This document shows, in pieces, positions 50,374 through 62,225 of a stretch of 64,000 bases of DNA. The translations under genes and the position numbers were made by a program. Source of the DNA: Auanema rhodensis (lineage: Eukaryota > Animalia > Nematoda). The DNA is taken from positions 15,810,001 through 15,874,000 of the forward strand of contig OZ059898.1 in NCBI GenBank assembly GCA_964057225.1, in the 5' to 3' direction. The notes beneath the pieces were generated by a model that was given only the letters and a program-made list of their open reading frames with translations, had not been told where the DNA came from and did not search any database. The number at the start of each line of letters is the position of its first letter. Positions within the stretch are counted from its first letter, which is position 1.

Positions 50374-52207
50374 TCAACTAGACACTCTTGATATAGGGCT
50401 AGTTGACCAAGTTGCAACTGTTGTCCTACCCATATTTGAAATCTTGGGAAGACGGTTTTGGAATAATTCTTTGATGCCTTCGCGTATTTTCTTGTTCAAT
50501 GTGATGTATATAATTGCTGGTAAGCCTAAAAATGTTTGTTTTTAAGAAAAAAAGAAAATATGAACCTGTAGTCCATTGAAATAAGCCTTGACTAACTGAA
50601 GAAAATATAAGTGGAACAGGAAAAAATTGAACTATAGTAAAGGAAGCTGAGCATGAGAAATGAAGAGAACATATTAATGTAACTTGAGCAAATATCTTCA
50701 AAAATATAAAATAATAATCAATTTGAGAATTTTAAGAAATTAAGGACCCTATGTATGACCCGATAAATTTGGAAAAAAAGCGGATTTCTGGACCGAACGT
50801 GGCATAACTTTAGTAAGAATGTCCAGTTTTTTGATATTTTCATGAATAAGTTTGTATAATACCTGTTGAGGAGTTCTATTTGCAGTTGAATTAATATTTT
50901 TAATTTGATGAAATTGATTAGCTATAGCTATACAGTAAAAACCATATAATGAACATGTTGTAGCCACAACAACAACATTATTAAAAACAAATATGGGACT
51001 AGTGTACTGAGAAAAAAAAAGAATTAAATGAACTGTTTATAATTAACTTACCACATCACCCATATTCTCATATATCTGAGGATCAATTAATGCCATTCCA
51101 ATTCGGCTTGAAAATACTGGTGGCTTAGCAAACATCAATATATAGCTACCGTATAAGCCAGCTAATATTAACAGAAGATTTAGTCTTTTTCTTGAAAAAA
51201 AGAATTCCACGATTTCTTTTCTGAAATTTAAAAAGTTTTTCACAGATATACATAAGTATTTAATAAATATTTATACTTTTGTCTAATTTAATTAAAAAAA
51301 ATTATTTTGGATTAAAAAAATGTTGCTAACTATTTACGAAATTTTAGACGAAAATCAGAAGTTTATCCGAATTTATTAGAAGAAATATAGATTAGACAGT
51401 TATTTAGTGAAACAATTTATTTTTACTTGAGGTGTTTGAAAACTAAAACTTTCATACTTGATGTTCATAAGTAATTTAATCACTTTTTACAAGAAAGATA
51501 AGATATTATATAGATAAGGTCAGATGTTTTCAAGTTTTAAAAGTTTTATATTTCTTTGTTTAAATCTTTCTTACTTCACTCTCACAATATCTAAGATTCT
51601 GTTTGAAACTAATATGAGACAGCAACAGCAAGAAGTAGCCCATGTACCTGAAGAAGCATAGATTATAGCTTTTAGAACAAAAAATATAATATTATTTGCA
51701 TGACTAACCCATATCAAAACAACCACAGACATATAGCAAATTAGGAAAATCACAGAATGATATACCAGCAAAGATTAAATAACCTAAAAATAAATATTTA
51801 TCATAACTATATGATGTCATTTATATATAATAAATAACCATATATTATATTATTAATAAGTATAGTAAAGAGGTCAGATAATCCAAGAAAAAACATAATT
51901 TTATAACAAATAAATTGAAAATTTGCTGGTTTTCTCATAACTATTATACATAACGAGTATAAAATCTTAAATAAAATAAAATTCATTTTAAACTATTAGT
52001 AAGTAGGACATACACATGTTATGATACCATACAGTATAGCTGAAATTCCCCATAAAGGTCTTCGCATTCGCTGCTGTTCTTCACTTTCTGCATACATGGC
52101 ACTGAAAAAGATGGATAGCTCTCTAGTTGCAACATGTCAAAAAGCTATTACCTGCAGTTGTAAAAAGGATTTGTTGTAATATCCAAATAAACAAACATTT
52201 GATTCAT
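50374..52207 (-). CDS. Serpentine chemoreceptor, class T (srt family), copy 1; 9 exons, appears intact
   Basis: NPFYNCS, RRPLWG, CYKIMFFLGLSD, FCDFP, LVSNRILD, KPPVFSS...DPQIY, NNVVVV, IFAQ, GLPAIIYITLNKKIR. Confidence 0.88.
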
Positions 52208-53008
52208 ATTTAATGTTTTATACTAAAATATTTAAAGTTTTAAAGATTTAAATATATTTAGAATTTAAAAATAAATATATAAAACGAATTAAATGAAAAG
52301 AATATCGTTACACAAGTTAATTATATATATATATATATATCTGCATATATGTGGATAAAGATGATTAAAGATCGTCTATAGTACCGTAGTAGTATAAGTG
52401 AAAAGTGAATAGCTTGTATTCTTAGCCATATAAATATCAAATACCTCCAAACTAATCAGTGAACTATTCAACGAACTACAAGAAAATCAAATGCTCTTGT
52501 GCAAATTCATTGGCTTTTTGACTTTCTAACTACATTTTCATAGACAATCCTTCCTTGTATTCTTTATTCCATTTTGTGACATAACTTATACTTCTAACTA
52601 TATGTATATACGTATGCTTCTTTGTAATATAAAATATTTTATTACAAAATATGATAAATTTATATGTTGTAGTAACAAATAATATTTTGTAGTATATTAA
52701 TATAATAATTATTAATATAAATATTATTTATTATATATATATATACAATCTACACATATTTATGTATATTTATAATAAAAATTAATGATATTTATATAAG
52801 ATTTTATTTAAATTTCTTAGAAAAAAAAAATATTTTTGCTTAAATAGAAAACAAACATTACTTATAATATTATAAAGATATTTTATATAAAAATTATTTA
52901 AAAAAAAGAATTAATTTGAGAAAATCAACTATCATCACTGGAATGAATCTTTAACGAAGAGTGACGATGAGATGACGAATGTATAATAAGAGATTTTGAT
53001 ATTGAAGA

Positions 53009-53535
53009 TCACAGAATACGATAAATGTTTTGATGAAGATAATGCTTAATAAATTTTTTTTTTTGAATTCTTTTGAATTTTTAGCAAATAAATAACCAAA
53101 ACAACATAATCGACATCTAAGTAATGATAGCTGGGTCTGAGAAGCGCTTGTATTACTCTCAAGTTTTTCTTCTAATTTTCAGTTGATTTAAAAAAAAAGT
53201 AGAAAAATTAGTTTGTCATAATTTGGTTTCAAAAGTTACAATTTTTGTGGGTTCAATCAAATTAAAAATGTGTGGTTTTGTACTCGAATATTCATCACAA
53301 TTTGACAGTTTTGAACCTGATACAGCAACCTTCGCTATTGCTAATGTGTATCCATCTTGACTTCAAAATATAATTTGTAATTTTGAAATATTTGTCTCAA
53401 ATAAAAATATAATGACGAATTATAAAATGTTTTTAATAAAATAAAATCAAGTACCGTAACCCACTACTGGATATTGTAATATGCAATAGTGAACATGTAG
53501 GTTGAAGTTTGTTATTTAGAAAGTTGATTAAAAAT
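53009..53535 (-). other. Candidate orphan gene fragment (four open, phase-compatible exons)
   Basis: Exons about 53535-53454, 53360-53240, 53171-53106 and 53044-53009 join in frame. No recognisable family and no start found. Confidence 0.28.
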
Positions 53536-53814
53536 TTGCAAAAAACTTATAATAACTTTGAATAAGAAAAATAAGTATAATCTTTGTTCTTAATTATTTT
53601 AGTTAATTATATAAAATATAAAAGCATCACATTTGCGTAAATATGATAAGTATTATATAAAAATATTTTTATATTAATATGGAACGGCATGATTTCTATT
53701 ATAGTATATCATAATAATATTAGAGATATTTAAATAAATTTAATATTATTTATAATCTTCATTGAGATTTATATAGAAGTTTTATTACTTTACCAACTAT
53801 ATTACACATACATA

Positions 53815-55194
53815 CAGTCATGTGTAAAAGAAAAAGGGCAAGATTTAGAAAATATTAGAATCTGGAGCTCAGACTACAATTTAGGAATCTGAAAAAAATC
53901 GATAATGGCTAGGAATTATGTTGCTAAAAAATGGAGCTGAATTCATTTTTTAAAACTAACTTTGAAATGTATTATTTTGGAAATTAAAATGATTCAGCTT
54001 CATTTTTAATATGCAAATTTAGATGGTTCAAGGCAGAAGATACAGCAACGAGATGAGGGAGACAGTCCTCAGGCTCAAAGACGAAGGGTTTGCAACCCGA
54101 AAAATTGCTGCTTTTACGGCTATCTCGAAGAGCTGCGTTCAAGCCATCATCAAGGATCACAGCCAAGGAGTAGCAATGATAAAGAAGACAAAACCAGGGC
54201 GCCCACCGAAGACCACACCATCACAGGACAACACCATCGTCCGCTTGGCTCAACGTCATCCAGAATTGACGTCAAAACAGCTGACAGAACACCTTGCTAT
54301 GATGTATAGGGTCAATCTTGACCCTAGCAATATTAGAAGGCGTCTCCTGAAGCGTGGTTTGAGAGCAAGAAGACCTGCCATCAAACCGCTTGTTAGTGCC
54401 AAGAACCGGCAAGCGAGGCTAGAATTTGCTCGGGCTCATCTTCATTGGACACCAGAAGATTGGAGCAGAGTCATCTTCACAGATGAGAGCAAATTCTGCC
54501 TTTTTGGCAATGATGGACCTGGCTTTGTCAGAAGGCCCGTTGGTGAGCGTTACAACCACCGTTATTTCAAGCCTTCCTTCAAACATGGAGGTGGAAACGT
54601 AATGGTGTGGGGTTGTTTCACCAGCGAGGAAGTTGGACCACTGTTTAGGATTGAAGGACGCATGTGTGCTTCCGACTATCAGAATATTCTCTCTGAAGTC
54701 TTCCTGCCGTATGCTTTGGATCGATTCCGCACGCGGAATAGATTCATCTTCCAGCAGGACAACGACTCAAAGCACACTGCTCATTCAACTAAACAGTGGT
54801 TTCAGCAGAATAGGGTCACTCTCTTACCCTGGCCTAGTCAATCGCCCGATCTGAATCCGATCGAACATCTATGGAGAGATTTGGGAAGAAGGGCGGCTCA
54901 ATTTCCGTCATCGAACAAGGACGAGAAGTTCAGATGCCTAAGAATCCTCTGGCGAGAAACTTCTCCGGGTATTTTGAAGAAGCTCGTCAATTCGATGAAT
55001 AGAAGGCTCAAAGCTGTGATTGATAATTTCGGGTATCCGACAAAATATTAATAAAGTCTTAATTTTTTGGTTTTTTTTGCATTTTTCGATTTGTGGTCTG
55101 CTCACCATTTCTATTTTTCATAGTTTTTTTTTGTAGTCTCACTACTTCAGGAGACCATTCGAAAGTTTTGCCCTTTTTCTTTTACACATGACTG
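53815..55194 (+). mobile_element. Full-length Tc1-family DNA transposon (1380 bp) with 27-bp perfect TIRs and TA target duplication
   Basis: CAGTCATGTGTAAAAGAAAAAGGGCAA at 53815-53841 and its reverse complement at 55168-55194; TA at 53813-53814 and 55195-55196. Confidence 0.96.
54023..55051 (+). CDS. Tc1 transposase, DD34E, 342 aa, intact and intronless
   Basis: Paired-like HTH, GRPPK, FTDESKF, FQQDND, SPDLNPIEHLW (34 residues between D and E), GYPTKY* terminus. Confidence 0.96.
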   Translation: MVQGRRYSNEMRETVLRLKDEGFATRKIAAFTAISKSCVQAIIKDHSQGVAMIKKTKPGRPPKTTPSQDNTIVRLAQRHPELTSKQLTEHLAMMYRVNLDPSNIRRRLLKRGLRARRPAIKPLVSAKNRQARLEFARAHLHWTPEDWSRVIFTDESKFCLFGNDGPGFVRRPVGERYNHRYFKPSFKHGGGNVMVWGCFTSEEVGPLFRIEGRMCASDYQNILSEVFLPYALDRFRTRNRFIFQQDNDSKHTAHSTKQWFQQNRVTLLPWPSQSPDLNPIEHLWRDLGRRAAQFPSSNKDEKFRCLRILWRETSPGILKKLVNSMNRRLKAVIDNFGYPTKY

Positions 55195-55840
55195 TATATC
55201 ACAAGTTTCAAGTCCTCTTTCTTCCCATATCCTCCCACCGTTCATAGAATCTTGTTGAAAGATTTTGATTTTACAGTCCAATGCTATGAAATTGAAACAC
55301 CTGCTACGCAGAGACCTCCGAAAACCCTTTAAGCTACAAAAAAATTCAAAAATTTTGTAGTTTGAGTGCAAAGATATAAGGGATTCTAGTGGGCGTCCGA
55401 GGTTCATCGCACATGACTATATATTATATATTTTGATATAAAACTTATTATGTCATATCGTGTTATAAAGAAAGTTGAAAATTGCTCATCTAGTTCAATT
55501 AAAGGACACAAAAAATAAAATTTCCACAAGAATAGGAGCTTATGAGACTGCAGAAACAAAAAACAGTCACTAGCCCATAATAACATATACTGAGAGTTGA
55601 AGAAGCATTAGAAAATTATAATGTTATTTGATTTTTTCATTTCAGTTTGAAATAGAATAAATTCTTTTTATGTTACTATTTATCAAATAAACTTATCCAT
55701 ACTGTCCACATCTAATATTTATTTATTATTTATTAGAAATATATTTTTTTTAAACAAAACAACATTAAAATAATATTTTATTATGCAATCTATGTAGAAA
55801 TTAATATAATTTGAAAGAAAGCACAAATATGATAATGTAA

Positions 55841-56772
55841 TTAAATTATAAAGATAGAGCTCCCAGAGCTAACCATCACTTTCTCCCATCTCTTCTTCAA
55901 ATTTCTTATTCCATTTCTGAAAAATATTTTAGATTTAGACTCGAAAATTTTTTTAATGAATTGTTCAACTTCTCCTAAAGTTTTGAAGCTTTCCCCTCTC
56001 AAACTATGCTCCATTGACCTGAACAGGGCAAAGTCTGGAGAGTAAGGGGGATGCTTCAAAACTTCCCAATTCAGCTCCTGGAGCGTTTGCTGTGCCTTCG
56101 CACAGCAGTGAGGGCGCGCGTTGTCGTGTAACAACGTCACGCGCCTGCTTCTGAGCTCCTCTCGAGCTTCAATGGCAACATTGAGCCGTCTGAGTTGCTC
56201 AGAATAGAACTCTCCATCTATGGTTCTACCGTAAGGTAAAATCTCATAGTGGAGAACTCCGTTTTCATTCCTGAAAACGGACAAAAGGGCTTTTTTCGCC
56301 GTTTGTGGTTTGGCCTTTGGAGTCATAGGAACTTCCTCTCCTGGGCTAACTCAAAACTTTTGCCGGGTTGGATTAGAGTAGAGAATCCACTTCTCATCTC
56401 CAGTCACTAACCCTTTAAAAAAAACCCTTCTTCGGCTCAAATTCAGAAGATTTTGAGCTGAATCAACTCTTGTTCTGAGATTGCTTTCAGACAGGAGATG
56501 CGGGGAAAATGGAGAAAATTTATGAATTTTCCCCATTTTTTTAAGCCGAAGTGAAACAGCAACTCTGCTGACTTTCAGTTTTTAAAGTTTTTTAAAGTTA
56601 AAAAAAGTTTTTTAAAGCAAAAAAAAATTAAATTTTTAAATTTTTTTTGGTTTTATTATATTTAAATATATTCAAATTTTTTAATTCATTCAAAAAAAAA
56701 TTTAAATTTTGTAAAATTAGCATAATTTTTTCAAATTCTAATCGGTGGCCGCGTTTTAACTTACACACCTAA
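55841..56772 (-). mobile_element. Degenerate mariner element: 5' TIR-like end plus pseudogenised transposase
   Basis: VTGDEKWILY, F*VSPGE (TGA where W is expected, same frame), LLHDNARPH, and HPPYSPDF lacking LAPSD. The N-terminus is missing. A TA-TTAGGTGTGTAAG mariner-type end reads inward from 56774; no partner TIR was seen. Confidence 0.85.
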
Positions 56773-57509
56773 TATTAAACATAAATTATTTTTTTTTAAT
56801 TTAGTTTTTATCATTTTGACTTTAAAGTATTTTAATCGATATGTTGATACTTCAGCTTGAAACCCAATTTAATTTTTTCGAATTTTTTCGAATTTTTTTG
56901 TAGTTTGAAGTGGTGTTCTGAGGCCACATCGGGGTTTGCAACTTTAATCGCACGTTTGTGATTTTCTTGATAAGTAAGGTCTTTCTTCTTTTCCGGCGAA
57001 GATTCTTCAAGTCGTTTCATAGCCTTTTTTCTCAGAATTTCAATTGCTCATTCAACATTTCCTGCTGAAATAGATCTTATTCATTTAAAGTCAATGGTCT
57101 TTTCGACTTACCTCTTTTTTTGTTAGACTAGAGTGGACGGGTGATTAGAGTAACGCGTGAGAAGAGCCTCAATTGTGTAAAACTCTATTCAATTTCCTTA
57201 TAAGTTTAATACTGCATATTCTTATAATAATCCTTATCATTTACTAATAAATGTCTGTTTAGGTTAACAATGGAAAAAAGACGTGCGGAGGAGCTTAAAA
57301 AGATGCTCCACACATCGTTGAAACCGGATGAGCTCGTACATAGATGCGTCGTGGCATTTGATGCAAAACACGCAGTATTGTTTCGACAAGGCCACCATTC
57401 CTTGCTGGAGAAGAACGCGACGGTGTTTTTGTTAGAATGTATTCCATCCGACGCTGCAATACAAGGTATTCCGATTATTTCAACTAGTTGCTGAAATTAA
57501 GCTATATTT

Positions 57510-58033
57510 CAGACTGTCGTTTCTGCAGTTTTGGATAATCATGACATGTCTTCGAGCTAATCGATGGAGAGTTTACGAGCTACCCACATGCTATGACTAC
57601 ACTGTATTGCGGTAAGACGTACCTGCAGTTGGGTGTCAACCCCCGCCGACATCATCAACTTAAAAAATGATGTAAGAAATTTCTGTGAACTCCTTAAGGA
57701 GTTGAAGGAAAACGAGGTAACATATCATATTTATACACATAACAAAATAAAAATATTAAGAAGTCCAAAAACAATGCAATGGACACTCAAAAAATAACAG
57801 GAAAATCATCCAAAATAGAGAAATCATGCAAACTTTGCAACAAGAAGCATGAAACTGAGAAATGTGTACAGTATAATTCCAAAATTAAAAAGTTCTCAAG
57901 AGCTGTCAGTCTAAAAATTAATTTAAAATGTTTGAACAAACATGCTGGATCTTGTAAACGAGAGAAAATTTGTAAATTTTGTACCTCTAAACAATATAAC
58001 TTTATCATCTGTCCATGTAATAAGAAACAATAA
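57510..58033 (+). mobile_element. Decayed BEL/Pao-type Gag zinc-knuckle remnants
   Basis: CKLCNKKHETEKC...LKCLNKHAGSC...CKFC triple-knuckle spacing at about 57830-58020. A frameshifted CRFC...H...L*LHC at 57515-57610. No pol or LTR seen. Confidence 0.5.
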
Positions 58034-58830
58034 ATATTTTTAAATTTTCCAATCATAATTAAAAAAGAATAAATCTTCAATAAATAAATCTAAAATTCGG
58101 GCGGAATGTTTCGTATTTTATACGAAAAGTAAAAAAGATTCTTCAAAATTAAGAGTTTTTTATGAAGGAAAATTAAATTATCATTTATACTGTTTAAGCT
58201 ATTACAATTGGTTGTATACACGTCAAGTTTGACATCCGTTGACGTTAATTGACGTTTATTTATTCCAATTATCATTTTTCAGTTCTTACCACGATCAAAC
58301 AGCAACTTGTCACAAATTCAATAATATTAGAAATTATAATTAGGAATCAATATCGAAATAAATCATCTTCAAAAATCAACTTCACATGAAAAGATCGGCG
58401 ATTCGGGATTGGGATTCTTTTACTCATATGGGCGGTTCTTTGGATTTCGATAGGCAAGAAGTCTTTCGCCTTCAACGATTGCGAAAATATGCCAATCGGA
58501 GAAGTTGCTGATCATCACCCAGACACGCAAATCATTAGTTCGGAAGACATTCTGGGCTTTTCTGGTATCGTCGATGCAGAAGTAAGTTGAGTTATTGTTA
58601 GTTAGAGAAATGGTTCAATTGTTATGTTTGGGTTCGAGCCGCTCGAAAAGAAGTGTTTGTTGGCTATGAAGTAGTTCTTCAGGGATCATCAATTCTCTAA
58701 ACTATAAATCTATTTTTCTTTCAAGTTCGTTTCATTTTAACTTTTTCTTAATTTACTTGATTAATAGTAATAAATGGTGTATGGATTTACTATTTGGCAA
58801 ATATTGAGCATTTTTTATTCACATTTATTA

Positions 58831-59009
58831 GCGCACTTTTCTCGACCATTTCGACCACATTTTTGAAGTAACGCACTTCGACCTTTTGGTCATTTTTGAA
58901 AATTGTTGAAAATCATACATTTTAGAAGAGCTAAGACACAAAATCAATGAAAATAAGCGTCAAAATGGCTTGAAAACAATGAAATCGGGTAATGGGCGAA
59001 AAAGTGCGC
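58831..59009. mobile_element. MITE-like element, about 180 bp, with imperfect TIRs of about 20 bp flanked by TA
   Basis: TA-GCGCACTTTTCTCGACCATT ... AATGGGCGAAAAAGTGCGC-TA. Confidence 0.6.
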
Positions 59010-59075
59010 TAGAACGGCAAAATACCTATTAATGCTCTGCTATATGAATGTTTTAAGAAAATTGCGAGAAATAGG

Positions 59076-60145
59076 TTAAGGCAACATTCGAACCTTTCCT
59101 ATAAGCCTGTAGAATAATGCTCGTGATCCATCTCGTATAGTCTTATTCATAGATATATAGACAAAAGCTGGTAGTCCTTCAAATAATAAAATTATAAATT
59201 AGCGATATTTATCGTTATTTGAATTAATTTTTTAGTAAAATCATATAATAATACCAGTTGATATTTGATATGTAGCAAATACAATCCTTGTATTCAAAAA
59301 CGTTATCTCAGCATATAGTCCAATGGAATATAGGACTGCACAAACCAAATTTATAGCGCAAAGTATAGTTGCTTGAGCAAAAACCTATAAAGAATATAAT
59401 TTTAGGACGAAGAAGATTGAATGAATTTTGATTTCTCAATTGTTTTTCTTTATTGATTATCTAAAGTATAAGCTTTCAACATACAAATTTTAAATACAAA
59501 AGTATTAAAAACAACATCGAAACTTATACGTTCAAGGGTATATATATAGAAACATATTTAAATATTTTTAACAATAAATATCATTTAGAATATATAAATA
59601 ATTATATATTATAAATAATAAGAATTATAATTATAAAATATAGATGATTTACCTGGTATTGTAGACGTTTATATCCAGGATTGGCATTCGATGTTGTATG
59701 AAATTTATTTGATAAAGCTGCACAATAAATTCCATATAAAATGCTGGTTGTTGCAACAACAATAACATTATTAAGATCTAATGCTCGATTTGTATACTAT
59801 AAATTTAATAATTTTAGTTAACTACATGTACTTTGAATAGTACTAACACGATATTCTTCACTATCATATATGAATGGATCTGCTATTGGCATAGCTTTAG
59901 TATTTGAAAAAATAGGTGGACGAGTGAAAAAAGTGAAACTTAATCCATAAATGAATCCCATTCCAGTTACAATATACAGAAAATTATTGGTAAACAAGAA
60001 AGAAGTAAAATTTTCTCTATAATTTAATATAAATATTATTATTTAAAAAATATTATATTTGATATTACTTGAACTTAAAAAATTCCAAAATTCGATTAAT
60101 AATCAGAACAAGACATAAATAACAAGTAGTAGTCCATGTAACTAA

Positions 60146-60176
<31 letters not shown>

Positions 60177-60710
60177 TTTAAAGAAGATAAATCTTACTCA
60201 AATGACCACATCCAGTTAAATAGAAGAATGTAGGTTTATCACAAAACGTATAACCATATATAAGTAAATAAGCTATATATTTATTAATATATTGTATAAT
60301 TAATAAATTTTTTGTTTTAAAGTAAAATATACTTACAAATTACAAAATTATTCACAATCACTGATACCATATCAACCATACAGAGTATTAACATGATTTT
60401 ATAACATGAATGTTTGTAATTATCTTTTTTTAACATAACAGCTAAACAAATAGTATAAACTAACTAAAAATAAATCAATAATTAATATAAAATATATAAT
60501 ATATAATGTTAATTACTTGTGAGATTATGCCATAGGTTAATGATATTGCTCCCCATACAGGTCGTTGTATTCTTGGAGTATTTCGATATTTTTCTGACAT
60601 AGCACTATAAATATAGAAAAAATAGATAAAATATATAGTTTTTATAACAAAAACCTGCAATTATAAAGGCTATGTAATGTTATGTCACCATAATATATAA
60701 GATCGTTCAT
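59076..60710 (-). CDS. Serpentine chemoreceptor, class T (srt family), copy 2; 9 exons, appears intact
   Basis: SLYNCS, QRPVWG, CYKIMLIL, FCDKP, IINRILE, RPPIFS...DPFIY, VFAQ, GLPAFVYISMNKTIR. Same intron positions as copy 1; the exact 3' end is slightly uncertain. Confidence 0.88.
60146..60175. repeat. (AAT)n microsatellite inside an srt intron
   Basis: About 10 trinucleotide units. Confidence 0.85.
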
Positions 60711-62225
60711 ATTTAATACTGAATTAACTAAAATAATTTAACTGGAACTTGCCGACTTGCCAACTTGAACAGTTAGTAAAAGACATATAAAAAATAAAAA
60801 TCTAATACTAACTATATAGAATATGTAACCTGGGAAATAACTACAACATGATGACGACAGCAACGAATGAAAAATCGAAAGAAATCAGTAAGGAAAGCAT
60901 TATTTTTTCTTTGATTTATATCAGCTATACTCTGTCTCAAGGGAAATTTATTTTAAAACTTATAGTTATAAATTTCTCCGTTGTGATTTCGAAATCTGTA
61001 TAACAAGGTGGGTGTCTTCATAGTACATAAGTATGAAATATAAAAAACAATAAATATAAATCTCTGAGCAAAAAAAATTCGGAAAAGAAGCTATGGAAGT
61101 ATAATGATTCTCGTTTTATCGTAGATCACCATTTTGTTTATATGGTTATGCAAACGCTTTAGTTTTTTATTTTTTAGTTTGAGTCAGGAGCAGCATAATT
61201 TCAAGTTTCATACTGAAGTTTTAGTTGATTTTGAAATCAAACTTGTAAACATTTTTTATTGAGAAAATGTTTTTTTTACAGAATAGGCTGCCAGTTTATT
61301 TTGGTTTAATTTCGTAAATGTTAAGCAAACTGATTATTGTTAAAAAAAAATTTATTTAATAATAATGAAATATTTATTTATAAATAAATATAAAAATACT
61401 ATATAAACATCAAAGTTAAATGTAATTTTTTAAAATCATTGTATTCTACGCTATTTTTATTATTATTATTATTATTATACAATAACTAAAAATAATTCAA
61501 AGAAATTTGTAATGATCAGAATAAACAGAACAATTATATTGATAATTTAGTTTTCTCTATAAATATTTATGTAATTATTATTGATTCTAATAAAATAATG
61601 CTAAAATTGATTTTTATTATTAGAAAACTTAAAGGAAAAATACCGAATTTTCTTCCTTATTTTGGGAAGAACAAAACAAATTTTTTCATTACGGAAATTG
61701 TCAGAGCTTTGAAATATGAAAATGATTCAGGTCTACCAGTGAAAAGATTTAGAGAAAGGTAAAGGATCACGAGCAGTGCAATAGCATCTTGCCGAAAGTG
61801 TTATGTTCGAACAAAGAAATTAAATTTAGAGATTACAGATGACGAATGTTATGATCCATACAACATCCTTGTGTTAAAAATATTTTAATGAATCTGTGAA
61901 GGAATAAAAGTAATTTTTGTGTCTGGAGTTACATGAAATGTTGTAGAAAATGCTTTTCTGTTGTATTTAATTTTCATATGATCATACCAAAGTATAAACG
62001 TTTTTAAAATTATCAAAAAAGCTAATTGGGATCTCATCACTAGATCGTTCAGTGATCATATTCGTTGTACAACGTGGTGTATGATTGTGATTCTGGTGTG
62101 GCTTTTAGACTAAATCTCATTTTTGATTCAACTTTAAATTAAAAAAAAAAAGAATGGGAAGATTCTATCAAACTTTTATTTTATGAATACAATTGAATCA
62201 GTTATATACAACTTCTACTTCTTAG

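Noticed and set aside
61690-62100. Slightly GC-richer patch between srt copies 2 and 3
   Set aside because: No ORF, TIR pair or recognisable motif.
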